Below, piece after piece: positions 63,459 through 64,000 of a DNA stretch of 64,000 bases. Each line of letters starts with the position of its first letter. Position 1 is the first letter of the stretch. The position numbers and the translations under genes are program-made. Source of the DNA: Carcharhinus amblyrhynchos (Eukaryota); contig OZ336880.1 in assembly GCA_965287045.1 (NCBI GenBank), forward strand, positions 31,248,001-31,312,000. Direction: 5' to 3'. Under the pieces are notes generated by a model. The model saw only the letters and a program-made list of their open reading frames with translations, did no database searches and was not told the origin of the DNA.

Positions 63459-63766
63459 GATGGCACAGTGGTTAGCACTGCTGCCTTACAGCACCAAGGA
63501 CCCAGGTTTAATTTGGGCCTTAGGGGACTGTATGGAGTTTGCACATTCTCCTCATGTCTGGGTGGGGTTGCTCCAGTTTCCTCCCACAGTCCAAAAATAT
63601 TCAGGTTAAGTGGATTAGCCATGGTAAATTGCCCCTTAGTGTCAGGGAGAGTAGCAGAGTGAATACGTGGGGTTAGAGGGGTAGGGTCTGAGTGGGATTG
63701 TTGTTGGTGCAGACTTGATGGGCTGAATAGCATCCTTCTGCATTGTAGGGCTTCTATAGTTCTATG
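63459..63766 (+). mobile_element. HE1-type V-SINE
   Basis: A box TGGCACAGTGGTTAG, V-domain, tail gatgggctgaatagcatccttctgcattgtagg..tctatg. Confidence 0.88.
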
Positions 63767-64000
63767 AATACTGGGCTGTTAACTGCTGATAATAACATAC
63801 ACAGCACAGATATTGCTGCAGCTGAAGAAGGATGACATTGAAAAACAGTTTCTCCAGAAATTCAGGCAGAAACCCTCCTTTGCTCATGTTCTACTGCACT
63901 GAAGGATGAGGACAGAAGAGAATGAATGAGTAACATTTTCCAAACTTTAACAGGAGCTAAATAGAATAGAGCTAATACTGAAGAGAAAATTATAGACATG

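Noticed and set aside
63788-63835. DNNIHSTDIAAAEEG as the next TMEFF exon
   Set aside because: No AG acceptor at the required position and an in-frame TGA follows.

Overview
Eukaryotic genomic DNA, most likely a shark or other elasmobranch (inferred from the repeat families: HE1-type V-SINEs, CR1, Rex1/Babar, Penelope-like, Gypsy and Harbinger elements). The only host-gene sequence I can support is two plus-strand coding exons (55048-55144 and 63068-63216) of a tomoregulin gene, most like TMEFF2, encoding the second follistatin/Kazal module. The first ~55 kb appears to be one large intron packed with nested transposons. The most interesting structures belong to Penelope-like retroelements (PLEs) carrying minimal hammerhead ribozyme (HHR) motifs. 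One is a 2.6-kb RT + GIY-YIG copy with a 650-bp inverted arm and a 12-13-bp TSD. The other is a very young 253-bp non-coding derivative with two tandem hammerheads and a perfect 84-bp antisense arm. Other features: a Gypsy element with gag inverted relative to pol, a decayed two-gene Harbinger transposon, nested Harbinger-type MITEs, and a CR1 that appears fused to a V-SINE tail. Nearly all ORFs in the supplied track are transposon fragments or spurious. Family assignments come from motifs I recognise, not database searches, and many repeat boundaries are approximate.
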